DNA of 22,032 bases, counting the filler, from Circinaria calcarea (lineage: Eukaryota), in assembly GCA_051942165.1 (NCBI GenBank). It is 20 parts of 20 records of this genome, joined end to end, with 100 filler letters (N's around TTAATTAATTAA, not from the genome) between each part and the next. Parts side by side here need not be neighbours in the genome. Positions count along the whole stretch, not along the records: positions 11,106 to 12,111 come from JAVECS010005503.1; positions 12,212 to 13,215 come from JAVECS010005504.1; positions 13,316 to 14,319 come from JAVECS010005505.1; positions 14,420 to 15,422 come from JAVECS010005506.1; positions 15,523 to 16,525 come from JAVECS010005507.1; positions 16,626 to 17,627 come from JAVECS010005508.1; positions 17,728 to 18,729 come from JAVECS010005509.1; positions 18,830 to 19,830 come from JAVECS010005510.1; 12 more parts are not named here. The stretch is one strand, 5' to 3'. The translations under genes were made by a program, and so were the position numbers. Under the pieces are notes generated by a model. The model saw only the letters and a program-made list of their open reading frames with translations. It was not told the DNA's origin and ran no database searches. Positions 11,107-21,076 of the stretch are shown piece after piece. Within the stretch, counting starts at the first letter, position 1; each line of letters begins with the position of its first letter.

Positions 11107-11253
11107 ACAGGTTATCGGCAGCGCCTCGAAGCGGTGCCGCTCGATCTGGCGCAAGAGGTCGGAGGGCGCGTCCAGCTTGCCGAGATCCTGCTTGATGGCG
11201 ATCTCCCAGGCCGTGGCCGCGCTCACGAAGACCGAAGTACCGGGAGACGAGAT
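11107..11253 (-). CDS. vapC: Internal fragment of a bacterial-type PIN-domain (VapC family) toxin (not in ORF track)
   Basis: Translates as ISSPGTSVFVSAATAWEIAIKQDLGKLDAPSDLLRQIERHRFEALPITC, matching the VapC motif VFVSAASAWEIAIKxxLGKL...FxxLPI. 43 of 49 codons end in G/C and the segment is about 66% GC (hand count). Confidence 0.88.
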
Positions 11254-11984
11254 CCCCTCACTCGCCTCCCCTCCAAACCAATCTTCCCCTCAACGGACCC
11301 CACGAACAACCCCACGCTCACTCCAACGAGCACCCATCCGATATCCCCCGCCTTCGTGCCTCCCACGTAACAGCCGGCTACCGCACGGGTATCGCAAACT
11401 CAAAAGCCGCGGCTCTTCAAGGCGGCTTCGATGAAGGATACTCACTAGGTGCGGTGATGGGGTTGAAGGTGGGCAGGGTGCTGGGGGTTCTGGAGGGAAT
11501 TACGAGTGCGTTGAGGGGAAGGAGACAGGAACGTGTGCAGGGGATGAAAGAAGGGAATACGGTAATAGAGGATAGAGAGGGTAGCGACGGGTTAAAGGAG
11601 ACGGAGGGGTTGTTGAAGCAAGCGAGAGAAGAGCTCGATCTCACGAAAGTCTTTGGACGGGAATGGTGGGGCGAGGATGGAATATGGGCGTATGAGATTC
11701 TTCCGCCGGAAGGAGGAGGAGAAGTGACGTTCGAGCACGTCGCGGCTCAACATCCTCTGATCAAGACGTGGACCGAGAGGATCGCAGGCCTGATGGAAAG
11801 CTGGGACATCAGAACCGACGTTTGGACCGGAGAGGAATGGGAAAAGGGCAGGATTCGCGAAGACGAGGATCCGGCGCATCCTACGCACAACGAGCTCATA
11901 CCCACCGGCCACAAAAGGGGCGATGCTCACTTAAACACCGGGGCGTTGCCCGTGAACTCATCCACCAAAGCATTCGATTTCTAA
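11253..11984 (+). CDS. YAE1: Yae1 protein (CIA adaptor for Rli1 with Lto1), 5' end missing
   Basis: In frame upstream of ORF 11454: EHPSDIPRLRASHVTAGYRTGIANSKAAALQGGFDEGYSLGAVMGLKVGRVLGVLEGI, the Yae1_N deca-GX3 motif. It continues VFGREWWGEDGIWAYEI...HPLI, typical of fungal Yae1. Confidence 0.9.
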   Translation, partial: SPHSPPLQTNLPLNGPHEQPHAHSNEHPSDIPRLRASHVTAGYRTGIANSKAAALQGGFDEGYSLGAVMGLKVGRVLGVLEGITSALRGRRQERVQGMKEGNTVIEDREGSDGLKETEGLLKQAREELDLTKVFGREWWGEDGIWAYEILPPEGGGEVTFEHVAAQHPLIKTWTERIAGLMESWDIRTDVWTGEEWEKGRIREDEDPAHPTHNELIPTGHKRGDAHLNTGALPVNSSTKAFDF

Positions 11985-12681
11985 AAGTGCCATGCCCCCG
12001 TCTCCACCAAACTTAACTGAAGAAAAGCACAACCCCGGAAGCCACTTCACGCCTCCCTCTCTTCTCCATCCTCATTTCCTATCCCCTATCCCCAACCAAT
12101 TCCCTCTCCCCNNNNNNNNNNNNNNNNNNNNNNNNNNNNNNNNNNNNNNNNNNNNTTAATTAATTAANNNNNNNNNNNNNNNNNNNNNNNNNNNNNNNNN
12201 NNNNNNNNNNNTCGAAGTTCGGTTCGAGAAGATTGAAGAGAAAGGGGAGGGGAGGGGGAGGGGGAAGGGCGGACTTGCTGCCCCAAGTCTTTCGAAAGCA
12301 GCAAATTGAGCTCCCTTTTTCTTTTTTCCCTAGAGCTCGGCGAGAATCTCCCCTGACCTCGCGTGTCCGATATACGGATACGCCCCGCGTACTACTCAAC
12401 CAATGATCGGAGATGGAAGTACGCACATGGGGGAGGTGATGATGGGGTTCACTCCTCGACACGAAAGCACTGCATAGGCTTAATTTCTAGGTGGTGAAAG
12501 CAATCATGGGCGTCCTTTATTACAATAAAAATTGTTCTGGTAGGCCTTTCCTCCGGTATGACCATCAATGCCGGTTATTCCAACCACATGCCTTGGTGGA
12601 ACAACGGGCGATATAACGCCAGATATGCTAGATGCTGCCAATGCGTAGACCCTGCGGAAATTCACCGGCATCCCGGACGAC

Positions 12682-13173
12682 CTATGATACTCGTACGAAT
12701 GCTGTTCGTCAATGTCAGTACATCTGCCTGAAGCGAGCCGACAGAGCGCGCTGCGGGAGAGGAGACCCACTAGCGTCAATTTGTTGCACCTGCGGCAATG
12801 CCAGGCGAACCTTGTTTCGATACAATACCTTGTTCGCTAGTTGCATCGGATTCATCTCGAAATAAACCGTATTCAGATGTTTCTTGTCCCCCAACTCCTT
12901 CTCCACCTCATCAAAGCTCGCCAATAAATTCGAGCTCGCCCAGAGCTCCTCTAACTTTATCAGATGGGAAAGATTGTCAAGATGGGCGATCTGGTTGTTG
13001 GAGATGTCAAGGACGCGGAGGGAGAGGTTCGAGGAGAGGCCGGAGATTGAGGTAAGTGCGTTATGGGAGATGTAAAGCTCCTCGAGTGTGGTGAGGGAGT
13101 CTAATGCGGTGATTTCAGGGAGGCGGTTGGATTGCAAGGAAAGAATTTTCAAAGAGGTGAGGGCGCTGAGGTT
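12682..13173 (-). CDS. SDS22: Protein phosphatase 1 regulatory subunit Sds22, 3' part; exons 13173-12771 and 12701-12682
   Basis: SDS22-type LRRs (LSLQSNRL, LEELYISHNAL, LEELWASSN) and LRR cap YRNKVRLALPQVQQIDAT|FVRVS*. Intron 12770-12702 has GT...CTGAC...CAG. Confidence 0.95.
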
Positions 13174-13315
13174 CTAGAAAGAGGGAATGAGTATGGTGAA
13201 GGATGATGCTTAGAGNNNNNNNNNNNNNNNNNNNNNNNNNNNNNNNNNNNNNNNNNNNNTTAATTAATTAANNNNNNNNNNNNNNNNNNNNNNNNNNNNN
13301 NNNNNNNNNNNNNNN

Positions 13316-14319
13316 CTGTATTGTGGCGTACTGAAGCTGTAAGCCTCTGGATCATCCCTGTTGACTAATCGGAACTCAAGCCCAAACTCTACATCATCTT
13401 CTTCGGCTCCGGAACTCTTATCGTTTTCATCCTCGGAAGCTGATAACTCGATATCATGATCATGAATCGATAATCCACTATCGTGACCCTGGATAGATAG
13501 CCTCAATACCCCATCTAGGAGATCAGCAGGAGCCATCTTCGGCTCCGGCATAGTAAGGATCTCCAACCAGCTGTATAGCAGCGGGTCTGTCCTCGGCGCC
13601 CACGGATTTATATCTATCAACCATACCCTACCCTTCTCCTTTGGCTGGGGGATATATACATCAAATACAAAGCTTTCGTCTGGAAACGTCAATTTCAACT
13701 TCTCTTCGAAGAAGGTTTCGATTAATGGTTGTAACGTTGGTAAAAGAGATGGTAGAAAGGCGTAATGGTTGAGATCTCGCTGACAGATACATAATAGCTT
13801 TCTTCTCCGTACAAAGCAGCGGAATTCAAGAGACGTAATAAATGAAGGTATTGTTTTCCTTAGGACGAGATGGTAAGAGATGTCTTCTGTCGTCCTTGAT
13901 TCATCATCCTCGCATCCGTCGAATGCCTGTTCCAAATCATGGGTCACGAAATCAGAGCTCTTGAGTAGTAAATATACATCATCGGGCATCCTGCACTCCA
14001 TGCTGTTTGTAGCCGATATCCAAGTGGCATCCTTAGGTGCCGACCAATTCAACTTAGGAATGACTGAGCCGCCAAGCTCGATTATAGTCGATTTAATCTT
14101 AGAGTGGACGTCTTGCCATTCTAAGAAAGAGTCTACCTCTTCGGGGTCTGAATCAGAATCAGAGGAAGCGAGTGATATACCGCTGTCATCATCAAGGTCC
14201 GTAACAGCGGAGGGAAGAGAAGGAAAGGACGGGGGAAGGACGATGCCATCGGCTCGAAGGTAGGAGAGGAAGGGAGCTGAGATGCTAATGAGGCGGGCTT
14301 TGGGGGTTATGGTCCGATA
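13316..14319 (-). CDS. CDC123: Cdc123/D123 ATP-grasp protein (eIF2 assembly factor), internal fragment
   Basis: The frame is open across the contig: [13 protein letters not shown]...[14 protein letters not shown]...[14 protein letters not shown]...EFRCFV...QRD...FVFDVY...WLIDINPW, all D123 signatures. Confidence 0.97.
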
Positions 14320-14420
14320 NNNNNNNNNNNNNNNNNNNNNNNNNNNNNNNNNNNNNNNNNNNNTTAATTAATTAANNNNNNNNNNNNNNNNNNNNNNNNN
14401 NNNNNNNNNNNNNNNNNNNG

Positions 14421-15422
14421 AGACAGGTTCCCCCTTCCGACATTTCCTCTATGCCACCTGATAGCATGCTCGACGGAAACGCACTTCCTCCACTTCATGT
14501 TCCAGTGGCCACTACACGAGTGGACCGCAGTCGGAGCGTAAGCCGAGAGGAAATCATGGACACGGATATGCTCAAGGCGCCCTCCCGCAGGCGCAGCCGA
14601 AGCTTGAGCCGCGAGCGCCTGACACAGAAAGTTATCGAGAAGCTTGGCGACAAGCCCCGAGAGGCTAGCAGCGGTAGTAGAAGGAAGCACAGTGACAAAA
14701 GCAGAAGTCGAAGCGTCAGCAAAGAGCTCTTAGAAGCTGACTCCAAATCATCACGGAGTAGGTCCAGACGGCACCGGGAAGACGAGTCTCTTACGACTGG
14801 CGCTGAATCAAGTTTGATCACCAACTCTTTGCTTTCGGCAAATAGGAAATCAGCTGATCAACACTCGTTTCGGTCCGGAACGTCCAAATCCTCTATCAAC
14901 AACCCAAAGTTACTCGAAACTGTAGAAGATGCTATCCGCAGACTGATCCTGCCTGAACTGAAAGAATTGAAAAAAGATCAGAAAGTGGCATCGAATCGTA
15001 GCAAATTTGATCAGGACACAAACCCTTCAAACATTTCAGGTAGCAGTGTTTCAAGAGATGAGGTCGTACGTCGGGTTTCAAAGCATGAGAGCGCACCCGA
15101 GATGAAACACAAGCTGCTCAGTCGCAATAGCAAGGATTCTGCCGAGCTCGAATCGGATGGTTCGAGACGACGAGAGCACCAGCGGAAAGATGTTGACCTC
15201 GACTCCGCATCGGAACGAAGTTACAGGCGGCGCGAATCTGGAGATAGCGTCAGCATTGCTGGATCGAAAAGCCGTCGCAAAAGTAGCAAGGATCATCGTC
15301 TTCGAGATGTAGCCGCAGGTGCGTTAGCTGGCGGTCCTTTGACTGCTGCCGCATTAAAGCACCATGAGTCCAAATCTAGCGTCGACTATCACGAAGAGTA
15401 TGACGATCAATCAAATCATGGA
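14421..15422 (+). CDS. Internal fragment of a large Ser/Arg-rich conserved fungal protein
   Basis: A 334-codon open frame spans the contig. The island SSINNPKLLETVEDAIRRLILPEL looks conserved within low-complexity sequence. Function not established from this fragment. Confidence 0.85.
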
Positions 15423-15617
15423 NNNNNNNNNNNNNNNNNNNNNNNNNNNNNNNNNNNNNNNNNNNNTTAATTAATTAANNNNNNNNNNNNNNNNNNNNNN
15501 NNNNNNNNNNNNNNNNNNNNNNGTTACCACCCTCGACTAATCCCGAATAACGAACTTTGGGGCAGTCAGCCCCGTCCGGGCCCGTCCGGGGTACGCGAAG
15601 GTACTCCATTGAACATG

Positions 15618-15763
15618 TACAGAGTGCAGACTCGGGCCGGCTAGAATACACCGGGGCCGCATCATGAATGATGCGGACCTTGAACCTCTGTTGCACACCA
15701 AACCCGTCCGTGCAATTAAATAGCACCTTGATGTATTCTCGCCAGCCGAGTCTGTACTCTGTA
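15618..15763. mobile_element. MITE-like element with ~31-bp TIRs and TA flanks (Tc1/mariner-type)
   Basis: Left arm TA-CAGAGTGCAGACTCGGGCCGGCTAGAATACA (15618-15650). Reverse complement of the right arm (15732-15763) is TA-CAGAGTACAGACTCGGCTGGCGAGAATACA. No coding capacity. Confidence 0.65.
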
Positions 15764-15989
15764 GCACATAAAACAGGCAAGAACGGTCGATAAGCCTGGG
15801 AGGGGGGGAGACGATAGACCACATCGACTCCAGATTTCGCAGGGGCTTGACGGGGATGGATTTCTGTGTAAAATGTCCGAATCCCAGAAGGTGAGCAACA
15901 GATCGCATCCTGAGTTGTGGTAAGTCAAAGAGACGAGAGGGTAAAGGCTGTGGCTGCGGAATCCTTCTTGGTTGCTCTCCGTGTTATTT

Positions 15990-16278
15990 AGCAATCGAGG
16001 CCGGTGGGCAAAAGTCGTTGCCGAGTTGCGAGCAATTTTACCCCGCGGGGAGAAACCAATCACTAAGTGCTCATTTTACATGTAAATCAAGCAGTGGAGT
16101 GTTTATTTTCTCCATTCAATCAATAGAGTTGGAATCATGATTTTGAAGCTATATTAAGCTGTGCATATCATTTAATATGTGGTGTTGACCATTGAATGTC
16201 TAATATTTTTTAGGTTCCCGCGGCACGCTAAATTATTTCTAAGTCGGCAACGACTTTTGCCCAGCGCCCTCGAATGCT
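15990..16278. mobile_element. 289-bp inverted-repeat element (38-bp arms, AT-rich core), MITE-like
   Basis: Arms 15990-16027 and 16241-16278 match at 34/38 as inverted repeats, with a perfect 20-bp core TGGGCAAAAGTCGTTGCCGA (16005-16024 / 16244-16263). No clear TSD. Confidence 0.6.
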
Positions 16279-17410
16279 TCCGCAGTCGGCTAGCTGCCGT
16301 TTCGGGTGATTAGAATAACCGATAATCCGCGCGTGGGGGATACCCTACCTCGCTTACTCCTTCCACCCTTTATTCGGCAATCCGCAACGTCTGGCCTTGG
16401 CCACTCTCATCGCGATCTGTAACTCCGTACCCTTATCTTTCTGGACCCTTATCCCCGCATTTGGTCTTTCGCTCGAAGTATCTTTTCGGGATCCAGCAGC
16501 CTTTCATCCGATCCTGTGTCACTCCNNNNNNNNNNNNNNNNNNNNNNNNNNNNNNNNNNNNNNNNNNNNTTAATTAATTAANNNNNNNNNNNNNNNNNNN
16601 NNNNNNNNNNNNNNNNNNNNNNNNNCTCTACACCTAAGGGGGTATGGTGGCGAAACCTCGGTTAATTGGCGTCGTGGCGTATGGTATGGTGAAAAACCCT
16701 TCACTCGCACACTTCTTCTCCTGTAATGATTAGTTTGCCACTATGCAGTACTGCGTATAGCCATCGGATTGCTCGTGCCTCACATTACCACATATTTAGC
16801 CATAGATACTTTTCAAAGTAAAGTACTCTATAGCCTTACAAAAAACGAGGCCAGAATCTTTTGTTCCGTGTAAAATTACGCATTGGCTGGGGAATATTAT
16901 TGTTCGGCTTTTATATGGTAAGCTCCGATCATCAACAAGTTTAGCTAAACCCCTTTGATTGCATTCTCGTTTCTTCGTTCCGGAGCGCATCATTCGTAGT
17001 GTATAGCATAAGCCGGTTTATATGCTTAACGTTTTCGGTCATCCCGTCATCCATGCATACCCGTACCATCGACCCTGCTCCCAGCACCTAGACCCGTACC
17101 CATCATAACATACCACCCAGTTCACGACTTTGCTCGAAAAGAAAGGAAACCAATTCACATAATCTATTTTCCACGTCAGCATACCCAATACCCCACTATC
17201 ACGAAACACCCACCTCGCAATTATCATCCAACAGCAACATCCTCCCTTCCTCTTCTCCCTCTTCCCCTTCTCCAACCGGGCCCTGTCCCTGTCTCGCTCT
17301 CAATCTGCTGGCCAGTTGGGCGAGCATACCTCTCTATAACCAATACACACGCATAAGTTAGCACGGATAATAAATAACTTCAAAATAGCACCCTTAAATA
17401 ATAAATCCCC

Positions 17411-17626
17411 TCATCTCCGCGACCGGCGTGGAGTTCTTCCCCACTCGTCCAACACAGCTGAGCTATATCCACCAAGGCGCATCTGTAGGATAAACCGAGC
17501 AAGGACGGCATCATATCGCGCGTCCAGCTCTTCCTGTGTAGTGCCGGGGGTACTTGCCGTTATAAAAGCATCCTGCATGCCGCCTTGTCTTTCCACGTCA
17601 TTCTGACTCACAATCCTGTACGAATC
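17411..17626 (-). CDS. Possible 3' end of a hypothetical protein
   Basis: Open from the contig edge (DSYRIVSQNDVERQGG...EELDARYDAVLARFILQMRLGGY...RRSRR*) and followed by an AT-rich 3'UTR-like sequence. Family not recognised. Confidence 0.5.
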   Translation of the reverse strand, partial: DSYRIVSQNDVERQGGMQDAFITASTPGTTQEELDARYDAVLARFILQMRLGGYSSAVLDEWGRTPRRSRR

Positions 17627-17728
17627 TNNNNNNNNNNNNNNNNNNNNNNNNNNNNNNNNNNNNNNNNNNNNTTAATTAATTAANNNNNNNNNNNNNNNNN
17701 NNNNNNNNNNNNNNNNNNNNNNNNNNNT

Positions 17729-18034
17729 GTACCACCTATGCCAACCTCCACAGGCATTCCATCGCGTCGTAGCTTCACGGCTCCAAATAGGCAGCCGCGA
17801 AATGACTACTTCCCACCCCAATTCCGACCTCCACAGAGATCCGGTACCGCACCCTTGCCGCAGACGACGACTTACGATGATTCTATCTACTATTCGTACG
17901 GCGATAGGGAGGAAAATTTTATGCCAAGACCAGCCATGCCATTGAGAGCAGTGACGGCCAGTCCAGGAGGTGGAATGCAGTCTGGCAATGGCAATGGCAA
18001 CGCCCAGCGTCAGTACAGGCCCGGCGCCTACTGA
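17729..18034 (+). CDS. 3' end of a Pro/Gln-rich disordered protein
   Basis: Open from the contig edge to TGA (…RSFTAPNRQPRNDYF…PQRSGTAP…RPGAY*) and followed by a pyrimidine-rich 3'UTR. Confidence 0.7.
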   Translation, partial: VPPMPTSTGIPSRRSFTAPNRQPRNDYFPPQFRPPQRSGTAPLPQTTTYDDSIYYSYGDREENFMPRPAMPLRAVTASPGGGMQSGNGNGNAQRQYRPGAY

Positions 18035-18829
18035 TCGCCTTTTCACATCATTCTTTCCAAATCTCTATAATAGACTACTTGCATGATACCCCTGTACCAA
18101 GACTTTACGAAGACATGACCTTGTGCGGCCTTTTTCCTATTTTCTTTTTTCCCGAAACCATCAGCCACATACTCGCGAAATGCCTTGGCAGGCAAAATGG
18201 TTCTCAGGCGCTGATGTCTTGATATCTGGAGTTTTTTTTCTTTCTGTGTAGGTTAGATGGGATCAGTCTGCAAATGGACTGATCTGCCCTGTCTTAATCT
18301 CCCTCGGAGTCAAAATGAATGGGAAGAATGAATAGATGACCCCTTTTTTTCTTCTTCCGACCGGGAGATTCTGATCTTGGTTCGTGAGTTCAGTAAGTAA
18401 TCAAAGTGAAGTTTTGGTAATCAAAATGAAATAGTAGGTAGGTTGGGTAATATGGGTCAGGGTCAGATCGGTAGAAAGTACCCATTCGTGCCTACAATCA
18501 ATAATAATCCCTTATGCGAGATCTAGAACCGTCTGTCGGCCAACAACGATGACAAAGGTATCATACAAACACGGACGAAAACCCATCCAAGTTCCCAAAA
18601 GAACGCCGTGACTGGATATTGGTATGCATGCCTCACCAAATCCTCTTGGCGACCATACTGTACCGGCTCACACCCGCAAAGCCAGTCCCCTCTCCCATCC
18701 CTTTCCCCTTCCCCTTCCCCGCATTATCCNNNNNNNNNNNNNNNNNNNNNNNNNNNNNNNNNNNNNNNNNNNNTTAATTAATTAANNNNNNNNNNNNNNN
18801 NNNNNNNNNNNNNNNNNNNNNNNNNNNNN

Positions 18830-19829
18830 AGTTTGGCTCGCTTGAGAACTCGAGCGCAGGGTATGACGTCGAGCCACCGCCGGTAACAGCTGGAAGAGAC
18901 TGACTATTTACTTTTTCATGATCTGCTGCTGGAATCGAGCGACCATCAAACGAAGACTTTGAGTCCCCAGCCTCTGAGGCGGCAGACATGGGAGCAGGAA
19001 GAGCATTCGAGCCTGGCTCGTCGTCATCAGAATCCTGTCTAACCTTTCGCCTTCGACGCTTTTCCTGTTTCGGAGGCTCTGGTGTCATCTCGTTGGGATC
19101 CATTGTGGCTGCAATGGTCCTGGCCCAATTCTCGATTTTGCGATTCGCCGTCGGATGCAAATACCCGCTCGGAGATGACTGCTCTGCTCCATCTTCGAAC
19201 TCGGTTTGGTCGACCAACGGTACGGGAAGGGAAATAGCGCCAGATGGCAATCGTGGCTCCAGGTCACTACTGTCGCCGAATGGCAAGAAGGAGAAGTTTG
19301 CCCAAATGCGTGATGGCTGAGAGACCTCGACTTGTGCTGGAGGATTGGCATGACTGCCAACTTTCTCATATATCGAGGTCATAGGATCGTACTGGCGTAT
19401 CTCCCCAGTAGCCTTAAACGATAAGTAATTCTGCTGAGTTTCATCTACCAGGATCCGATGATAGGCTGCACTGTCACCGTTCATTCGGACGTACTGAATC
19501 CTAGTGTATTCATCTGCTTTTCGAAGAAGGAGAACGTTGCCGATCGCCTTCCAAGATTCTTCTGATCGCTGAGAGGCAAGGAGGAACTGGTAAGATTAGC
19601 CACTATGTGAGACGGCGGCCAGATATGCACTTGCCAACAGTTTCTCTAGGTTCTTGAGCTTCAATAGGCCCCGATTGAAGTCTCCACCTCTGATACAGAC
19701 GCGACCTATCAGAGGTTCAGAGGAGATGGAAGAGCCAGTTAACTCCGACAAGGCTTCCGCCACAGACGTGGTGAGCATCATGATATTGCCTCGCTCCGGC
19801 TTCCAGTATGCTGTGACATGGCCCATAGA
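18830..19829 (-). CDS. Internal fragment of a hypothetical protein; exons 19829-19635 and 19586-18830, joined by a 48-nt GC-AG intron
   Basis: ORF-track frames 19596..19826 and 18774..19484 are the same frame, separated by one TAA that lies in TTG|GCAAGT...GCTAAT...CAG|TTC. Confidence 0.75.
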
Positions 19830-19930
19830 CNNNNNNNNNNNNNNNNNNNNNNNNNNNNNNNNNNNNNNNNNNNNTTAATTAATTAANNNNNNNNNNNNNN
19901 NNNNNNNNNNNNNNNNNNNNNNNNNNNNNN

Positions 19931-20131
19931 GCCTATTACCCACCCCACTCCCACACCTCCCTGACCACACACCTCATCCTCGGCGGCAGCCTGACCATCT
20001 CTTACCCGGACGACCCCGAGCCGACGAAGGAGACGTTTGGTCCGGGGGCCCGAGTCGATGTCGAGGGAGGACGGAGACATGAGGTTTGGATGGGCCGGGA
20101 GAATGGGTGTTGTTATGTGATTGGGGAATGA
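19931..20131 (+). CDS. Small cupin (RmlC-like) protein, 3' part (not in ORF track)
   Basis: AYYPPHSHTSLTTHLILGGSLTISYP...FGPGARVDVEGGRRHEVWMGRENGCCYVIGE* contains cupin motif 1 (HxH...H-xx-xxG) and motif 2 (G...H). Confidence 0.88.
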   Translation, partial: AYYPPHSHTSLTTHLILGGSLTISYPDDPEPTKETFGPGARVDVEGGRRHEVWMGRENGCCYVIGE

Positions 20132-20633
20132 GACGATTGAAGGAGAAAAGGAATGGAGTGCGCACCTGGGGGTCCGGGTGGAGGGATGTGGATGCACGGC
20201 TAGACATCTCCAAGGCACATACACCAACAACCACCGCCCGACTCCTTGGAGGACAGATGGAGAACTCCCGAGGTTGGCGGAGAAGTGTAATAAGCTACGG
20301 CCCAGCTTCGGAGGTGAACTCTACTGATTCCAGACAATGACCATGACCATGAAAACGCCAGTAGATGATAGATTTGATCTGCTGTATTGGGGAATGCTAT
20401 ATGGATGGAGAGAACCTTAATCATAAAGTGTTCATAGTTGTATAAAAGAGTACAGCCAAAAGCGTGCCCAAGCCAAACGTCCGTGGTGACATACGCATGG
20501 CCTAGACAAGCCACTTGAAACGCCTCCGGAGAGAATATACCAAAAAGTCAACTGATTCCGTACGCAGACGCTCCAATCGCAGAATTCCCTGCCCGAAACT
20601 CCTTTCAAAATCCTTGAATAGTTCCGGAAGCCT

Positions 20634-20930
20634 TTATATAGCCCAACTCCCTCTCCTTGCCCTCACGCCCCAGTCATCGTTGGCTCCAACTTCACTCCCA
20701 ATCATCAACGGCTGTTGCCGCGCCCATTCTCTTATATACAGGCGAAGGGCCATCCAGCGGGTACATTGCCCGCCCTGCACATCAACCACACCACTTCCGT
20801 TACCTTCCGGAGCTCCGACGTAACCTTTGGTGTTTTTTCGTTGATCGTCTCGACGAAGGTCCGCGAGTGGACACTTGGAGATCTTACTAAGCTCATGATC
20901 GTACTTTCGTGCGACTGATGGATATCCTAT
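20634..20930 (-). CDS. Possible 3' end of an unidentified gene convergent with the cupin
   Basis: A 98-codon frame is open from the contig edge (IGYPSVARKYDHELSK...RWMALRLYIREWARQQP...WAI*). No motif recognised; may be spurious. Confidence 0.3.
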   Translation of the reverse strand: MGYPSVARKYDHELSKISKCPLADLRRDDQRKNTKGYVGAPEGNGSGVVDVQGGQCTRWMALRLYIREWARQQPLMIGSEVGANDDWGVRARRGSWAI

Positions 20931-21076
20931 CNNNNNNNNNNNNNNNNNNNNNNNNNNNNNNNNNNNNNNNNNNNNTTAATTAATTAANNNNNNNNNNNNN
21001 NNNNNNNNNNNNNNNNNNNNNNNNNNNNNNNCCCCAAAAACGGCCCCCTAATCACCAGCCATTTCCCTCTCCGGAA

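Noticed and set aside
11134..11434. ORFs 11134..11370(+) and 11177..11434(+)
   Set aside because: They cross the VapC/YAE1 junction in frames that match neither protein.
12798..15296. Antisense or alternative-frame ORFs over SDS22, CDC123 and the Ser/Arg-rich gene
   Set aside because: They are explained as shadows of the real coding frames.
19883..20340. ORF-track calls around the cupin exon
   Set aside because: The real frame (19931-20131, +) has cupin motifs; the listed ORFs have none.
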